Below, piece by piece: positions 11,330 through 25,800 of a DNA stretch of 64,000 nucleotides. Within the stretch, counting starts at the first letter, position 1. Each line of letters begins with the position of its first letter. The stretch is from the NCBI RefSeq assembly GCF_963921235.1, contig NC_086108.1:102178001-102242000 (forward strand), written 5' to 3'. This DNA comes from Mobula hypostoma (lineage: Eukaryota). Below the pieces are notes generated by a model, which saw nothing but the letters and a program-made list of their open reading frames with translations, was not told the DNA's origin and did no database searches. The translations under genes were made by a program, and so were the position numbers.

Positions 11330-13460
11330 ACTGTCTCGATGTTCCAGTTCCCACATCTCCACACTCCCCTCCACTACCACCATCTCACTCTCTGCTTTCC
11401 ACATGACTCCCTTGTCCATTTGTTCTTCCTGAATGATTTTTCTTCTAGCACTTATCCCTGCAAACTTGAAAGTGAAACACACACACCTCCTCTCTCATTA
11501 CCATTCAGGGTCTCAAATAGTCCTTCCAGGTAAGTTGACACTTCATCTGTCAGGGTCATCAGAACCAAATAATTACTTTGGTTCTGTCTTCACTAAGGAG
11601 GACATAAATAATCTTCCAGAAATAGTAGGGGACAGAGGGTCCAGTGAGATGGAGGAACTGAGCGAAATACATGTTAGTAGGGAAGTGGTGTTAGGTAAAT
11701 TGAAGGGATTGAAGGCAGATAAATCCCCAGGGCCAGATGGTCTGCATCCTAGAGTGCTTAAGGAAGTAGCCCAAGAAATAGTGGATGCATTAGTGATAAT
11801 TTTTCAAAACTCGTTAGATTCTGGACTAGTTCCTGAGGATTGGAGGGTGGCTAATGTAACTCCACTTTTTAAAAAAGGAGGGAGAGAGAAACCGGGGAAT
11901 TATAGACCGGTTAGCCTAACGTCGGTGGTGGGGAAACTGCTGGAGTCAGTTATCAAGGATGTGATAACAGCACATTTGGAAAGCGATGAAATGATCGGAC
12001 AAAGTCAGCATGGATTTGTGAAAGGAAAATCATGTCTGACGAATCTCATAGAATTTTTTGAGGATTTAACTAGTAGAGTGGATAGGGGAGAACCAGTGGA
12101 TGTGGTGTATTTGGATTTTCAAAAGGCTTTTGACAAGGTCCCTCACAGGAGATTAGTGTGCAAACTTAAAGCACACGGTATTGGGGGTAAGGTATTGGTG
12201 TGGGTGGAGAATTGGTTAGCAGACAGGAAGCAAAGAGTGGGAATAAACGGGACCTTTTCAGAATGGCAGGCGGTGACTCGTGGGGTACCGCAAGGCTCAG
12301 TGCTGGGATCCCAGTTGTTTACAATATATATTAATGACTTGGATGAGGGAATTAAATGCAGCATCTCCAAGTTTGCGGATGACATGAAGCTGGGTGGCAG
12401 TGTTAGCAGTGAGGAGGATGCTAAGAGGATGCAGGGTGACTTGGATAGGTTGGGTGAGTGGGCAAATTCATGGCAGATGCAATTTAATGTGGATAAATGT
12501 GAAGTTATCCACTTTGGTGGCAAAAATAGGAAAACAGATTATTATCTGAATGGTGGCCGATTAGGAAAAGGGGAGGTGCAACGAGACCTGGGTGTCATTA
12601 TACACCAGTCATTGAAAGTGGGCATGCAGCTACAGCAGGCGGTGAAAAAGGCGAATGGTATGCTGGCATTTATAGCAAGAGGATTCGAGTACAGGAGCAG
12701 GGAGGTACTACTGCAGTTGTACAAGGCCTTGGTGAGACCACACCTGGAGTATTGTGTGCAGTTTTGGTCCCCTAATCTGAGGAAAGACATCCTTGCCATA
12801 GAGGGAGTACAAAGAAGGTTCACCAGATTGATTCCTGGGATGGCAGGACTTTCATATGAAGAAAGACTGAATGAACTGGGCTTGTACTCGTTGGAATTTA
12901 GAAGATTGAGGGGAGATCTGATTGAAACGTATAAGATCCTAAAGGGATTGGACAGGCTAGATGCAGGAAGATTGTTCCCAATGTTGGGGAAGTCCAGAAC
13001 GAGGGGCCACAGTTTGAGGATAGAGGGGAAGCCTTTTAGGACCGAGATTAGGAAAAACTTCTTCACACAGAGAGTGGTGAATCTCTGCCACAGGAAACAG
13101 TTGAGGCCAGTTCATTGGCTATATTTAAGAGGGAGTTAGATATGGCCCTTGTGGCTACGGGGGTCAGGGGGTATGGAGGGAAGGCTGGGGCGGGGTTCTG
13201 AGTTGGATGATCAGCCATGATCATAATAAATGGCGGTGCAGGCTCGAAGGGCTGAATGGCCTACTCCTGCACCTATTTTCTATGTTTCTATGTTTCTATG
13301 TAACCATTGCTCCTGGTCATCATTGAAACCCAACAAAGTGTAAGGGATTACTGAGCACCTTCAATCCATCCTCCGCAAAAGGTAACATCTCCCAGTGACT
13401 ACCCATTACAATTTGATTTCCTATTCCTATTCAATATATCAGTCCATGGTCTCCACCAAA
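11330..13460 (+). mobile_element. Penelope-like (GIY-YIG) remnant split by a CR1 insertion
   Basis: 11450-11560 reads as decayed TYPCK...TIQG.K.SFQV..HF.C. Penelope-type sequence resumes at 13301-13460 after the CR1 tail. Confidence 0.6.
11568..13300 (+). mobile_element. 5'-truncated CR1 LINE (RT domain and 3' UTR)
   Basis: ORF with KSPGPDG, QHGF, VPQGSVLG, FADD. (TTCTATGT)n tail at 13275-13300. Near-identical to 60811-62531. Confidence 0.95.
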
Positions 13461-15858
13461 TTCTCAGAGAGACTTCAGCTGCAGGCAAATGTCACACTGG
13501 AGAAAGTTATCACTATGGTAAGGCAGAGTGAGAGTTTTTGTCAGCAACAGGCAGAACGCAGGCAAGAAAACAATGCTGAGGTAAAGCTAGAAGCTGTACA
13601 AAAATAGTACAAACAAGATGCAGTCAGAAAGACTAAAGAAAGAAGTGACAGTACAGCTCAGCTCAGTCAAGTGAAACAAAAAGCAAGTAAAATGTCCAAT
13701 TGCAGCAAGTATCAAGTCCACATTGAAGAGTTCTGTACAGCAAAAGTAGTGAAATGCCACCAATGCAATACAGTTAGCCATTATACACACCAGTACCACA
13801 CAAAAAACAGTCTTCAGGAGGTCAAAGAAGATGATGATTCAGGGGGAGAGCTTTCCTTGGGGCTCTAGATTGAAATCGACAAGGCTGGTGTACTATGGTT
13901 CAACTGGAAAATGACATTCAAAGTGGACACTGCGACAGATGTCTCAGCTATCCCCAAATGTCTGCTCACAAAACTGGTGAAGAAAACAGGCATTACGCTA
14001 ATTCCGCAAAGAATGTGATCATAGGGCCATGGAAACAACCAAATTTAGACAAACTGGCAGTTGTCTGGAACATGGAACTACCTATGAATGTATCAAAGAT
14101 CCCCAGTTTCCTTGGCATTGTAAACCGTCTGGGAAAAGTCATTCCAGTTTTGCCAGAGAAAACAAAGACACTACGTGACCTCCACTCTCAGAGAAATGTT
14201 AGGACCTGGGACGCACCACAGGAGAAGTCATTCTCATCAATTAAAGCAGAGTTTATCTCTCTACCAACAATGGCGTTCTTTGATCTAAACAAAGCAACCA
14301 AGGTCTCAGCAGATGCCTCAGGGAGTGGGGGAGTGCTCATGCAAAACCGTTGTGGGGTATGGAAACCGGTGGTATACGCATCAAGAGCACTGACTCCTAC
14401 TGAACTCCATTATGCCCAAATCAAAAAAAGGAGATGCTGGCTCTCATGTGGGCTTGTGAACGCTTCAGCTACTACTTGATAGGCACTAAACTCCTGCTTG
14501 AAACAGACCTCAGACACCTTATCAGCCTCCTCAGCTTCTCAGCTCAAAGCACTTCAATGACTTACCTCCACATCTGCAAAGATTCAGAGTGAGACCTAAG
14601 CAACACGGTTATGACATTGAACATGTCCTCGGTATATCTTTCACAACACCAGACACTCAGTAAAGATGCCATGTAAAAGAGCATGGATGGAAGCTGACTC
14701 TCCTCATGGAAAATATTGACATCCACTTAGCTCAGGTAGATGAAAGCTTTCCGGCATCACAGAGTAAACTGGACAAAATTTGAGCTGAAAAAAGTCTAAA
14801 TCTACAGCAAGGTCATGCAATACTGTGAGCTGTTCCAGAAGGAGCTCACTGACTAAAACCTTACTGGCTTGAAAGAGACACACTCACCATTCTTGATGGT
14901 TTGCTGCTGAAAGACTCCAGATTTGTCATTTCTGATTCTATGCACACAAAAATCACCAGTCAAATCCAACAAGTACATCAAGACATAGAAAATGTCACCT
15001 AAGAGCAAAGCTGTCCTTGTGCTGGCATGGTCTGAGCACACAGCTGGGTGATTATGTAAAGCAATGTGAAGCATACAGAAAATTGCACAAAATTCATGCT
15101 GAACTTCTCTGTCCCACAGAATTAAAAGACTTCCCATAGCAAATTAAGGGCACAGGTATTTTTGAGCTGAAAAAAAGATAAATATCTTCTCACTGTGGAT
15201 TACTACTCACAGGATGTTGAGCTGTCCAAGCTGTCCTCCACATCCACAGCAGCAGTTATCTATCCATTCAAACACTTCCAGGAACCAAGACCAGATTAGT
15301 AGTTTATCTGCCCCACCACAGAGATGGACTCCATAGCCTAATAGTTTAGGGCAAGTGACTAAAGAGGCAGAATAATCCTCTCACTTTGCCAGAGTGTTCA
15401 GAGAGTCTATTCTGACCTCCATTAGATTTTGTGTTTTTAAAAGAGATCCAATGTTGAAAACACTTCACAAAATGAGACAGTTCTTAAAAAAAATGGAATT
15501 GGTGGGAAAAAAAGGAGAACCAAGAGTGACAGACCACTAAAGCAAAGAAAAAGACAGTTAGAATGTTGGCAATGTAAGGAGCATGTAATGTGCTATGGGT
15601 AAAGTGAACTGATCACTCAATTTCACTGACTATAATTTCAATGTGGTTCTACACACAAGTACCTACCTAGTTTTCCTCTTTTTTTCCCAAGGGGAGATGT
15701 GGTAGTTAATAGTTAATCCTATTCCACTCAGTTAGCCACCCCAACATGGGAGGAGTTCACATGTTGTACAAGCAGCATTATTAATAAAGTTCAGTTGTAT
15801 AGCCTACATGCTGGCCTTCAGGTGTCTCTCTGCACCCTTGCTCAATATCGAACAAAAT
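13460..15858 (+). mobile_element. Degenerate Ty3/Gypsy LTR retrotransposon remnant
   Basis: Gag end (LQLQANVTLEKVITMVRQSE), knuckle (KCHQCNTVSHY), protease FKVDT, RNase H (ADASG...PVVYASRALTPTELHYAQ), integrase remnants, PPT aaggggaga, and LTR starting TGTGG at about 15698 with AATAAA. Confidence 0.75.
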
Positions 15859-18144
15859 AGTCAACCTCTCGCCACACGCACCCCATCCTCTCTCTACAAA
15901 AAACACCCCACTCACGCAACCACTCCTCCCCACAACTCCACCTTCAGTCCCCCTCCCCAGATCCTACCTCCTACCCTAATCATCCCCATAGCTTCCTCTT
16001 TCTTCTTATAACCCCTCCCAACGTCTCCCTCAACACACCACATTTTTCCTTGCCCTCTCCCTCCCTCCTGCCTGTCACTTCCTAATCTTGACGTCTCCCA
16101 CCAATAATCTCCTCAAATCCCCCCCTCTCTTTTTGTAGCTCACACAAACCTTGGCTAAGGTCCCTCCAGGTAATCTGACCACCAGAATGTTTGGTCCCCC
16201 TGCACTGAAGGAAGCACCTGGCTCTGGAGAACACTGCGGACACCAACCAGCATTCAGCTCTGCTCCACACCCGGCTGCACTGGAACCGGCCCTGCAATCT
16301 GCAGGCAGCCAATCAGCAGAGGCACCCGGTGTCAGGCAACAGTGGCTTCCAAACACCACTTGTCTCCCTGGCATCGGGACCAGCGCTCCCTTCCCGGGCT
16401 GAATCAGCAGGAAGAGACACAAGGTGGGGGAATGGGAATGTGTGGAAGGAAGGGATGGATGGATGAATGATTGAAGCAGGAGACTGTACAGTAGGAAATT
16501 AGAAGAGGGGTTAAGGGGGATGGAGCTGGGGTTTGGGGACAAGGGGAGAGACATTGGAGGAGGAGTTTGGAGTGGGGGTGTTAGGAAGAGGAGAGAGGAC
16601 AAGGTTGGAGGAAAGAGTAGAACAATGGCAGGGGAGGGGTCAAGGGCGAGGAGCTTGGAGGAGGCGGTAAGGGGGAAGGGAATTGTAGATTAAAGTGGTT
16701 GAAAATGTAATGATACAAGATGGATTTAAAACCAGTTCTGCTATATCCCACACGTCTGAGGATCTGATTGTCTGATAGGTCTTCCTGTTTTTTCCGAGTC
16801 TCCGTCAGATGCCCAGAGTTACCTGGATTAACTTTCGCCTTCAACATCCTAATCGCACTATTAAATCATCAGTGCCTGATTGGAGGGTGTTAAACTGTAT
16901 GGTTTTATTTTCTTTTTTCTTTTTTTTTGCTCTATCTGAGGGCAGATTTTTTTTTTTGTTCAATCAATATGGTTGCCGAGCTCTTTTTTTAGCTGCATCA
17001 TTCCTTCTTCTTCCCTGAGGATTCTGGGTGGCTACACCCACAGCATCATTTTTCGTACATACCTGGAGGCCTTAAACTTTGTAATTTTTTTGCTAGTCTA
17101 TACAGATATTTCATCTCCTTTCCTAATTATACGGTCTGGTGTATGTCAACAGTTTTTATATACATATATTTTTTCTTTGTATTATATCTTTTTCATTTTA
17201 GTTGGTGTACTTTTTGATTTTTTTCACTTTTCTGCTGTTTTACAACTTTAGTTGAACTTTTTTTATATATACACTTTTTTTGGAGTGTCTATCGAAAGTC
17301 TTGGGGGTAGATTTAATGCTTGCTTCTACCTGCTAGTCTATTTCAGATTTAGCTTTGGGATTATGGGGTGGGGGTGGGGGGCTTCACTTTTTTAGCTTTT
17401 CCTTCTTCGGCTACTCATATATTATTGAAGTATTTTTCGCGTCCTCTTTCTCGCTATCTCATGTTTACTCTGTTCCCTTTTCGGGTTCGTGGGTTGAACC
17501 TATTGTCAATCCTCCCTTTATTTGAGGGTTGACTTTAGGGCTTGTGGATTCTACTATTAATTTTGTCTCTTGGAATACCAACGGTCTTAACCATCCAATT
17601 AAAAGAAAAAAAAAATCTTCAAAGTATTCCAGAGCCTTAAAGCACATATTCTATTTGTACAAGAGACCCATGTGCAGAGGGGGGACAGATTACGTTTTTT
17701 TAAGTTCTGGAAGGATTATCAATATCATTCGAACTCTAATGCCAAAGTTAGAGAAGTTTCTATTTTCATAGATCCCTCAATTACATTTGTGCAACAGGAT
17801 ATTATCTCTGATCCGAATGGTAGATTTTTACTGGTTAGTGGTTTACTCTTTAATAAAAAGGTAGTTCTGGTCAATGTTTATGCTCCAAACTCGGACTGTC
17901 CGGAATTTTATAAATCGTTATTTAGTATTTTTCCAAATTTGAATGAGTTTTCACTAATCTGGGGCGGAGATCTTAACACTTGTTTATCCCCATTATTGGA
18001 CTGTTCGGCCCCTATATGAACTGCACCCAATAATTCCACAACCTTAATTAATTCATTTCTCTCAGATTCGGGGTTGACGGATATTCTGCAGTTTTTACAT
18101 CCCCAGGAAAAAGACTTCTCTTTTTTTTCCACATGTTCATCATT

Positions 18145-21100
18145 CATAGAAACATAGAAAATAGGTGCAGGAGTAGGCCATTCGGCCCTTCGAGCCTGCA
18201 CCGCCATTTATTATGATCATGGCTGATCATCCAACTCAGAACCCCGCCCCAGCCTTCCCTCCATACCCCCTGACCCCCGTAGCCACAAGGGCCATATCTA
18301 ACTCCCTCTTAAATATAGCCAATGAACTGGCCTCAACTGTTTCCTGTGGCAGAGAATATCACAGATTCACCACTCTCTGTGTGAAGAAGTTTTTCCTAAT
18401 CTCGGTCCTAAAAGGCTTCCCCTCTATCCTCAAACTGTGGCCCCTCGTTCTGGCCTTCCCCAACATCGGGAACAATCTTCCTGCATCTAGCCTGTCCAAT
18501 CCCTTTAGGATTTTATACGTTTCAATCAGATTCCCCCCTCAATCTTCTAAATTCCAACGAGTACAAGCCCAGTTCATCCAGTCTTTCTTCATATGAAAGT
18601 CCTGCCATCCCAGGAATCAATCTGGTGAACCTTCTTTGTACTCCCTCTATGGCAAGGATGTCTTTCCTCAGATTAGGGGACCAAAACTGCACACAATACT
18701 CCAGGTGTGGTCTCACCAAGGCCTTGTACAACTGCAGTAGTACCTCCCTGCTCCTGTACTCGAATCCTCTCGCTATAAGTGCCAGCATACCATTCGCCTT
18801 TTTCACCGCCTGCTGTAGCTGCATGCCCACTTTCAATGACTGATGTATAATGACACCCAGGTCTCGTTGCACCTCCCCTTTTCCTAATCAGCCACCATTC
18901 AGATAATAATCTGAATTTTAATAATAATTTTTGCCCCCAAAGTGGATAACTTCACATTTATCCACATTAAATTGCATCTGCCATGAATTTGTCCACTCAC
19001 CCAACCTATCCAAGTCACCCTACATCCTCTTAGCATCCTCCTCACAGCTAACACTGCCACCCAGCTTCGTGTCATCCGCAAACTTGGAGATGCTGCATTT
19101 AATTCCCTCATCCAAGTCATTAATATATATTGTAAACAACTGGGGTCCCAGCACTGAGCCTTGCAGTACCCCACTAGTCTCCGCATGCCATTCTGAAAAG
19201 GTCCCGTTTATTCCCACTCTTTGCTTCCTGTCTGCTAACCAATTCTCCACCCACACCAATACCTTACCCCCAGTACCGTGTGCTTTAAGTTTGCACACTA
19301 ATCTCCTGTGTGGGACCTTGTCAAAAGCCTTTTGAAAATCCAAATATACCACATCCACTGGTTCTCCCCTATCCACTCTACTAGTTACATCCTCAAAAAA
19401 TTCTATGAGATTCGTCAGACATGATTTTCCTTTCACAAATCCATGCTAACTTTGTCCGATCATTTCACCGTTTTCCAAATGTGCTGTTATCACATCCTTG
19501 ATAACTGACTCCAGCAGTTTCCCCACCACAGACGTTAGGCTAACCGGTCTATAATTCCCCCGTTTCTCTCTCCCCCCTTTTTTAAAAAGTGGAGTTACAT
19601 TAGCCACCCTCCAATCCTCAGGAACTAGTCCAGAATCTAACGAGTTTTGAAAAATTATCACTAATGCATCCACTATTTCTTGGGCTACTTCCTTAAGCAC
19701 TCTAGGATGCAGACCATCTGGCCCAGGGGATTTATCTGCCTTCAATCCCTTCAATTTACCTAACACCACTTCCCTACTAACATATATTTCGCTCAGTTCC
19801 TCCATCTCACTGGACCCTCTGTCCCCTACTATTTCTGGAAGATTATTTATATCCTCCTTAGTGAAGACAGAACCAAAGTAATTATTCAATTGGTCTGCCA
19901 TGTCCTTGCTCCCCATAATCAATTCACCTGTTTCTGTCTGCAGGGGACCTACATTTGTCTTTACCAGTCTTTTCCTTTTTACATATCTATAAAAGCTTTT
20001 ACAGTCTGTTTTTATGTTCCCTGCCAGTTTTCTCTCAATCTTTTCTCCCCTTCCTAATTAAGCCCTTTGTCCTCCTCTGCTGAACTCTGAATTTCTCCCA
20101 GTCCTCAGGTGAGCCACTTTCTCTGGCTAATTTGTATGCTTCTTCTTTGGAATTGATACTATCCCTAATTTCTCTTGTCAGCCACGGGTGCACTACCTTC
20201 CTTAGAAACATAGAAACATAGAAAATAGGTGCAGGAGTAGGCCATTCGGCCCTTCGAGCCTGCACCGCCATTTATTATGATCATGGCTGATCATCCAACT
20301 CAGAACCCAGCCTTCCCTCCATACCCCCTGACCCCTGTAGCCACAAGGGCCATATCTAACTTCCTTTTAAACATAGCTAATGAACTGGCCTCAACAGTTT
20401 GCTGTTCCTTGATTCCTTCTTTGCCAAACTGGGATGAACAATTGTTGTAGTTCATCCATGCAACCTTTAAATGCTTGCCATTGCATATCCACCGTCAATC
20501 CTTTAAGTGTCATTTGCCAGTCTATCTTAGCTAATTCACGTCTCATACCTTCAAAGTTACCCCTCTTTAAGTTCAGAACCTTTGTTTCTGAATTAACTAT
20601 GTCACTCTCCATCTTAATGAAGAATTCCACCATATTATGTTCACTCTTACCCAAGGGGCCTCTCACGACAAGATCGCTAATTAACCCTTCCTCATTGCTC
20701 AAAACCCAGTCCAGAATAGCCTGCTCTCTAGTTGGTTCCTCGACATGTTGGTTCAAAAAACCATCCCGCATACATTCCAAGAAATCCTCTTCCTCAGCAC
20801 CTTTACCAATTTGGTTCACCCAGTCTACATGTAGATTGAAGTCACCCATTATAACTGCTGTTCCTTTATTGCACACATTTCTAATTTCCTGTTTAATACC
20901 ATCTCTGACCTCACTACTACTGTTAGGTGGCCTGTACACAACTCCCACCAGCGTCTTCTGCCCATTAGTGTTACGCAGCTCTACCCATATCGATTCCACA
21001 TCTTCCCGGCTTATGTTCTTCCTTTCTATTGCGTTAATCTCTTCTTTAACCAGCAACGCCACCCCACCTCCCCTTCCTTCATGTCTGTCCCTCCTGAATA

Positions 21101-22891
21101 TTGAATATCCCTGAACGTTGAGCTCCCATCCTTGGTCACCCTGGAGCCATGTCTCTGTGATCCCAATTATATCATAATCATTAATAACAATCTGCGCTTT
21201 CAATTCATCCACCTTATTACGAATGCTCCTTGCATTGACACACAAAGCCTTCAGGCGCACTTCTACAACTCTCTTAGCCCTTATACAATTATGTTGAAAA
21301 GTGGCCCTTTTTAATGCTTGCCCTGGATTTGTCGGCCTGCCACTTTTACTTTTCTCCTTAGTACTTTTTGCTTCTACCCTCACTTCACACCCCTCTGTCT
21401 CTCTGCACTCGTTCCCATCCCCCTGTTGTGAACTAACCTCCTCACGCCTAGCCTCTTTAATTTGATTCCCACCCCCCAACCATTCTAGTTTAAAGTCACC
21501 TCAGTAGCCGCTGCTAATCTCCCTGCCAGGATATTGGTCCCCCTAGGATTCAAGTGTAACCCGTCCTTTTTGTACAGGTCACGTCTGTGCCAAAAGAGGT
21601 CCCAATGATCCAAAAACTTGAATCCCTGCCCCCTGCTCCAATCCCTCAGCCACGCATTTATCTTCCACATCATCGTATTCCTACTCTCACTGTCATGTGG
21701 CACAGGCAGTAATCCCAAGATTACTACCTTTGCGGTCCTTATTCTCAACTCCCTTCCTAGCTCCCTATATTCTCCTTTCAGGACCTCATCCCTTTTCCTA
21801 CCCATGTCATTGGTACCTATATGTACCACGACCTCTGGCTCCTCACCCTCCCACTTCAGGATATCTTGGACACGATCAGAAATATCCCGGACCCTGGCAC
21901 CAGGGAGGCAAACTACCATCCGGGTCTCTGGACTGCGTCCACAGAATCGCCTATCTGACCCCCTTACTATCGAGTCCCCTATCACAACTGCACTCTTCTT
22001 CCTTGCCCTACCCTTCTGAGCTACAGGGCCAGACTCTGTGCTGGAGGCACGGCCACTGTCGCTTCCCCCGGGTAAGCTGTCCCCCCCCCAACAGTACTCA
22101 AACAGGAGTACCTGTTGTTAAGGGGCACAGCCACCGGGGTACTCCCTATTACCTGACTCTTCCCCTTCCCCCTCCTAACCGTGACCCACTTGTCTGCCTC
22201 CCGTGGCCCCGGCGTGACCACCTGCCTGCAACTCCTCTCTATCAACTCCTCACTCTCCCTGACCAGACGAAGGTCATCGAGCTGCAGCTTCAGTTCCGTA
22301 ACGCGGTCCCTTAGGAGCTGCATCTCGATGCACTTGGCGCAGATGTAGACATCCGGGAGGCTTGGAGACTCCAGGGCCTCCCACATCCGACACCGAGAAC
22401 AGCAAACTGCCCTCACACTCATACTGTCCCTCTCCTCAAATAACTACAGAAAATGAATGCCAAACCTTCCTCGCCTCGCCCGTTTCCGCCTAAACCCGTT
22501 GAGCCGAAGCCTTTAAGTCTTCACTCTGCTCCCGGCTCACTCCGCCACCCACAAACTACGCTGCCCGCTCTATGAGGCTCTGTTCCTTTTAAATCTGCCG
22601 CGCTGCACTGCCCGACGTCACACGCCTGCGCAGTCCCGCCTCTCAGAACGCCGTTGGAGAAAAAAAATAACGAAAATTTCAAAATTGTCTTTCTCGGCAC
22701 TCCCACTCAGACTCCTTCTTCGAATCAAACCCGAAGCAGGATGTCTGCCCTTTTAAATCTGCCACGCTGCACTGCCCGACGTCACACGCCTGCGCAGTCC
22801 CGCCTCTCAGAACGCCGTTGGAGAAAAAAAAATAACGAAAATTTCAAAATTGTCTTTCTCGGCACTCCCACTCAGACTCTCAGACTCCTTC
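18145..22891 (-). mobile_element. Full-length but disrupted CR1 LINE nested in the L1 endonuclease region
   Basis: 5' UTR tandem monomers about 22590-22891, ORF1 (Zn finger + GDSI esterase; frameshifted), ORF2 pieces, tail at 18145-18163. Splits the L1 codons HH/SYSRID. Confidence 0.95.
20204..20404 (-). mobile_element. About 200-bp 3' CR1 fragment inserted into CR1 ORF2
   Basis: Own (TTCTATGT)n tail. TTCCTT duplicated at 20198-20203 and 20405-20410. Confidence 0.88.
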
Positions 22892-25800
22892 TTCTTACTC
22901 AAGAATTGATTATTTTTTTATTGACTCTCGTCTTATTTCTTCAGTAATTAAATGTGGTTATGACGCTATAAACATTTCGGACCATGCTCCACTTAAGCTT
23001 TCTATTAAATTATTGGCCAATGCTCATAATAATAGACAATGGTGTTTTAATCCGCTGTTGCTTCAGGACTTGGATTTTGTTAACTTCATGAATGAACAGA
23101 TTGATCTGTTTTTTACAATTAACAGTACAGAGGATATATCCATGAACACCCTTTGGGATACTTTTAAAGCTTACATTTGTGGCCAGATCATTTCGTACTC
23201 TGCTGCTTTGAGGAAAAGGTTGAAGAAGGAAGAGCTTGCTCTTGTGGACAAGATTAAGGAAATAGATAAAAAAAATATGCTACAGCTCTGTCTGAGAAGC
23301 TGTATAAACAAATAACTGAACTTCAAATGGAACACAGTTTATTACTTTCCTCCTCTATTGCAAATCAATTAATGAAGACAAGAAGCAAATTTTATATACA
23401 CAGTGACAAAGCTGGTAAACAGTTGGCTAATCAGTTGAAGACCAACTCTATTAAATTTCAAATTAATCAGATTTATAATCAAAAAGATCAACTGACATTT
23501 GATCAACCTGAGATTAATCAATCCTTCTTTGATTTTTATTCCTCTTTATATCAATCAGAATCTCCATGTGATTCTATACATATGTGTGACTTTTTAGATA
23601 ACATAGACTTCCCTAAGATTTCACACGATATATGTCCTATGTTAGAAACTTCCTTCACTACTGATGAGATTAAGAATGTTATTTTTTCTATGAACTCCGG
23701 GAAAGCTCCTGGCCCTCATGGGTTTACCGTGGAATCTTTTAAATCTTTTGCACTCTCATTAGTCCCCTGGTTATCCAGGGTTCTGGAGGCCTCATTAAAA
23801 CTTGGGAAACTACCAGAGTCCTTTTATAGAGCATCGATCTCTTTAATATTAAAGAAGGATAAGGACCCCGCTCAATGAGAATCTTATAGACCAACATCCT
23901 TGTTAAATGTTGATTCTAAGATTTTTTCTAAATTATTAGCAAATAGACTAGAAAAAAACACTTCATTATATTATTTCAGAAGACCAAACGGGTTTTATTA
24001 AGAATCGCTACTCTTTTTTATAATATTTGTGCACTTTTAAATATAGTCTATATCCCGTCACAAACTGATCCTGAATGCGTCATTTCCCTAAATGCTGAAA
24101 AAGCCTTTGACAGGGTCGAAGGGCCCTACTTATTTAAGGTGCTTGAAATATTGAACTTCAGCCTGAAATTTGTATCCTGGATCAAATTGTTATATCATTC
24201 TCCTATGGCGTCAGTTCGTACTAATACTCAAAGCTCACCTTTTTCTCCTCTTTTTCGAGGTACCAGACAAGGGTGTCCTCTTAGCCCTTTATTATTTGAT
24301 ATAGCATTAGAACCACTTGCAATTGCTATTCGAGAATCTCCTAACATTATTGGTATAACTCGTGGGTTAAAGTCTCATAAAGTATCACTTTATGCTGATG
24401 ACTTACTCTTATATATTTCCAATCTTCAAAAATCTATCCCAGCAGCTTTAGATTTATTAGCACAATTTAGTCTTTTTTCAGGATACAAATTAAATCTTAA
24501 TAAGAGTGAACTTTCCCTATTAATAAGCAAGTTTCCTTATATCAGAACCTGCCGTTTAGATTGGTTAATAATTATTTTTCATATCTTGGGATTAAAATTA
24601 CCTGTAAACATAAGGATTTATTTAAGACTAATTACTTACCCTTAAGTGACCATATTACACAACTTTCCTTTAAATGGTCTCCACTTTATTTAACTTTGAC
24701 TGGTTGTATTAATGCTGTTAAGATGTTTATTCTGCCAAAATTTATATATATATTTCAGGCATCACCGATTTTTGTTCCAAGATCCTTTTTTGATAAAGTA
24801 GACTCTAAAATCTCTTCATTTATTTGGCAAAATAAAAACCTGAGGTTGGGTAGAATACACCTACAGAAAGCTAAGAGAGATGGGGGCTTGGCATTACCTA
24901 ACTTTAGATTTTATTACTGGGCAATTAATATTCGACACATGAAATTTTGGCTACTGGACCAAGATACACTATCCATTCCTAAATGGGTAGTATTGGAATT
25001 ACATTCTGTTCAAGGCTGTGCACTTGGCTCTATATTAGGATCTTCTCTTCCTCCCGATTTGAAATGCTATAAGCAGGTTTGCAACCCGATAGTTAAACAT
25101 ACCTTACGTATCTGCTTTCAATTCCAAAAATTTTTTGATCTTAATCAATTTGTGCTAGCGCCTCCTATTATTGGCAACATGTTTTTTTCTCCCCTCCTCT
25201 ACGGACCGTGCCTTTCAAATTTGGAAGACTAATGGTATATCACGGTTTTTGGACTTATTTTCAGATGGCTCCCTTATATCTTTTGAACAGTTATCTAACA
25301 AATACAATTTACCAAGAACACAGTTTTTTTAGATATTTGCAAGTTAGAAATTTCCTAAATACCACACTTTCTTCCTTTCCGGTGTTACCCCCTTCAAATA
25401 TTTTAGACACTATCATCAACCTCAACCCGTGTCAGAAAGGTGTAATGGCTACTATTTATAATACTATCATGAAATTTAGGAAAGCTCCATTTGATAAGAT
25501 TAGGACTGACTGGGAAAAGGAATTGGACCTTACTATCCCGGCTGAGGACTGGGCCCATATTTTACAACTGGGTAATACTTCCTCTATCTGTTCCAAACAC
25601 TCCTTAACTCAATTTAAAGTTGTCCATAGAGCACACATGTCTAAAGATAAATTAGCTCATTTTTACTCTCATATTAACCCTCTTTGCGATAGATGTCATG
25701 GGGAGCTAGCTTCCTTGACCCACATGTTTTGGTCTTGTCCTACTCTGGGAACTTTATGGAAAGCCATTTTTAATATTATCTCAAAGGTTTTGAATAGTGA

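Noticed and set aside
11433..11567. Novel N-terminus on the 568-aa RT ORF
   Set aside because: This is a chance in-frame fusion of flanking Penelope remnant to a truncated CR1.
12143..13066. Antisense ORFs over CR1 ORF2 (also 59787-60290, 61362-62066, 20434-21114)
   Set aside because: These are shadow frames of RT coding sequence that recur only because the copies are near-identical.
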